Assembly: GCA_973895155.1 (NCBI GenBank)
Contig: OZ316896.1
Location: 3,882,738-3,946,737 of the forward strand
DNA from: Marsupella aquatica
Lineage: Eukaryota; Plantae; Marchantiophyta
DNA length: 64,000 nucleotides
Reading direction: 5' to 3'
The notes under the pieces: generated by a model
Database searches by the model: none
The model's input: only the letters and a program-made list of their open reading frames with translations
What the model was told of the DNA's origin: nothing
Translations under genes and position numbers: made by a program
In this document: positions 63,062 to 64,000 of the stretch, in pieces
Position numbering within the stretch: the first letter of the stretch is position 1
How the letters are laid out: every line of letters starts with the position of its first letter

Positions 63062-64000
63062 CTTCCAATTTGGATGACGATAATGTGATCCAGGCCACCC
63101 AAATGAGTTCCAGATATTACGACACTGTCGTACAATGGTGAGAAACTGTCCTTCTTCCATTGATGTTTGATGACAGTGGTTCAAAGCTTTTGATAATCCC
63201 ATCAAATGAACATTATTGTCGTTGTTGAGCGTTGCCCAAAACATTATAGCTTCTACAGTACCGCAAGCGTCTCGTACAACTTGGCTGACTTTGTCGTCCT
63301 CTCTCAGCAATTTGTACGCCATTATTGTGTGCTGGCCTTCGAGTATCCAGAAATGACTGGTCATAATGTCCTCCTCCTTTGGCGATGAATCGTAGGGCAT
63401 CCCATTGTAGTCGGGATCTCTGTCGGCCTCCGACTGAACCCACTTCACAGGGACTAAAAAGCAGCATTGCTTCTCGAACTTTATAGCCGAATGAGAGAGG
63501 AGTGAATTCTTTAGCCTATCTGTGTAATCCTGATTCCACTCTCGGCACTTGATGTGGTCCGGTGCAAGATGACAACGTGATGTCTCAACAAAAAATGACT
63601 TGCTGTTAAATATATTCACAGCACTATATTCTTTGAGGAAAGAATCAAACAGAGCCCCGACATTCGCTGAGGTAATTACTTTCGGAAGATTCTCCGCCGA
63701 GTATATTTCAACCTTGCTCACTGGCGGGGCCTTTCCCAAGCAAAATCCCTGGTTGAAAGGAACTCTCTGGAACTCAAGTACGTCAATAATGTATTGACAA
63801 ATCAAATCTCCCGTTGATGCCTCTGGATCGGAAGGATATCCCACACTAGTAACCTTTTCCAAGGCGTGCCTTGCACCTAGAAGATCATCGATTATGGGTT
63901 GATTGAAGGTTACATATTGCGTTCGATCCAAACAAATGCTTATTTTGTCTTCCTGCTGGTCGTCGCTGACTAGCAGAACCAATCCCTCTGTACACTCTTT
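63062..64000 (-). CDS. Exon with ParB/Srx (DGQHR-like) domain; frame is open beyond the window end
   Basis: CREWNQDYTDRLKNSL...CCFLVPV...HFWILEGQHTIMAYKLL fits the ParB-N pattern R....L..S...hhV...hhDG.H.h.Ah..L. Donor TGGAAG|GTATAT at 63062 is in phase with the next exon. Confidence 0.6.

Noticed and set aside
55694-64000. Prokaryotic or viral contamination / operon reading of the co-oriented ORFs
   Set aside because: The gaps carry spliceosomal GT-AG signals with mostly consistent phases, and the sequence is contiguous with plant repeats. Giant-virus ancestry is not excluded, but no viral hallmark gene is visible.

Overview
Eukaryotic nuclear DNA, probably from a seed-free land plant with flagellated sperm (inferred from a CEP164 homolog next to a plant PHT1). 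Left to right: (1) a multi-exon CEP164-like gene (3.7-11.2 kb); (2) a possible decayed BTB/POZ gene; (3) a ~8.7-kb degenerate CACTA-like block bracketed by an exact 34-bp direct repeat; (4) an intact PHT1 phosphate transporter with five P1BS sites; (5) a complex inverted-duplication patchwork (34-43 kb) holding an antisense PHT1 fragment, a PHT1 pseudogene and a solo LTR; (6) small repeats, Helitron-like relics and a MITE; (7) from ~55.7 kb to beyond the window end, a minus-strand gene whose separate ORFs can mostly be spliced into one giant, slightly decayed protein. Its domain order is ParB/DGQHR-like, degenerate beta-class amino-DNA-methyltransferase-like, acidic/AEKAQ repeats, Ulp1 (C48) SUMO protease, then three tandem FCP1/HAD phosphatase-like domains. 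Five of its seven predicted introns and its 3' flank each carry the interrupted palindrome ACGCG-N6-CGCGT. This gene plus motif set is the best candidate for an undescribed system, probably transposon-borne. All domain calls are from motif recognition by eye; no searches were run.
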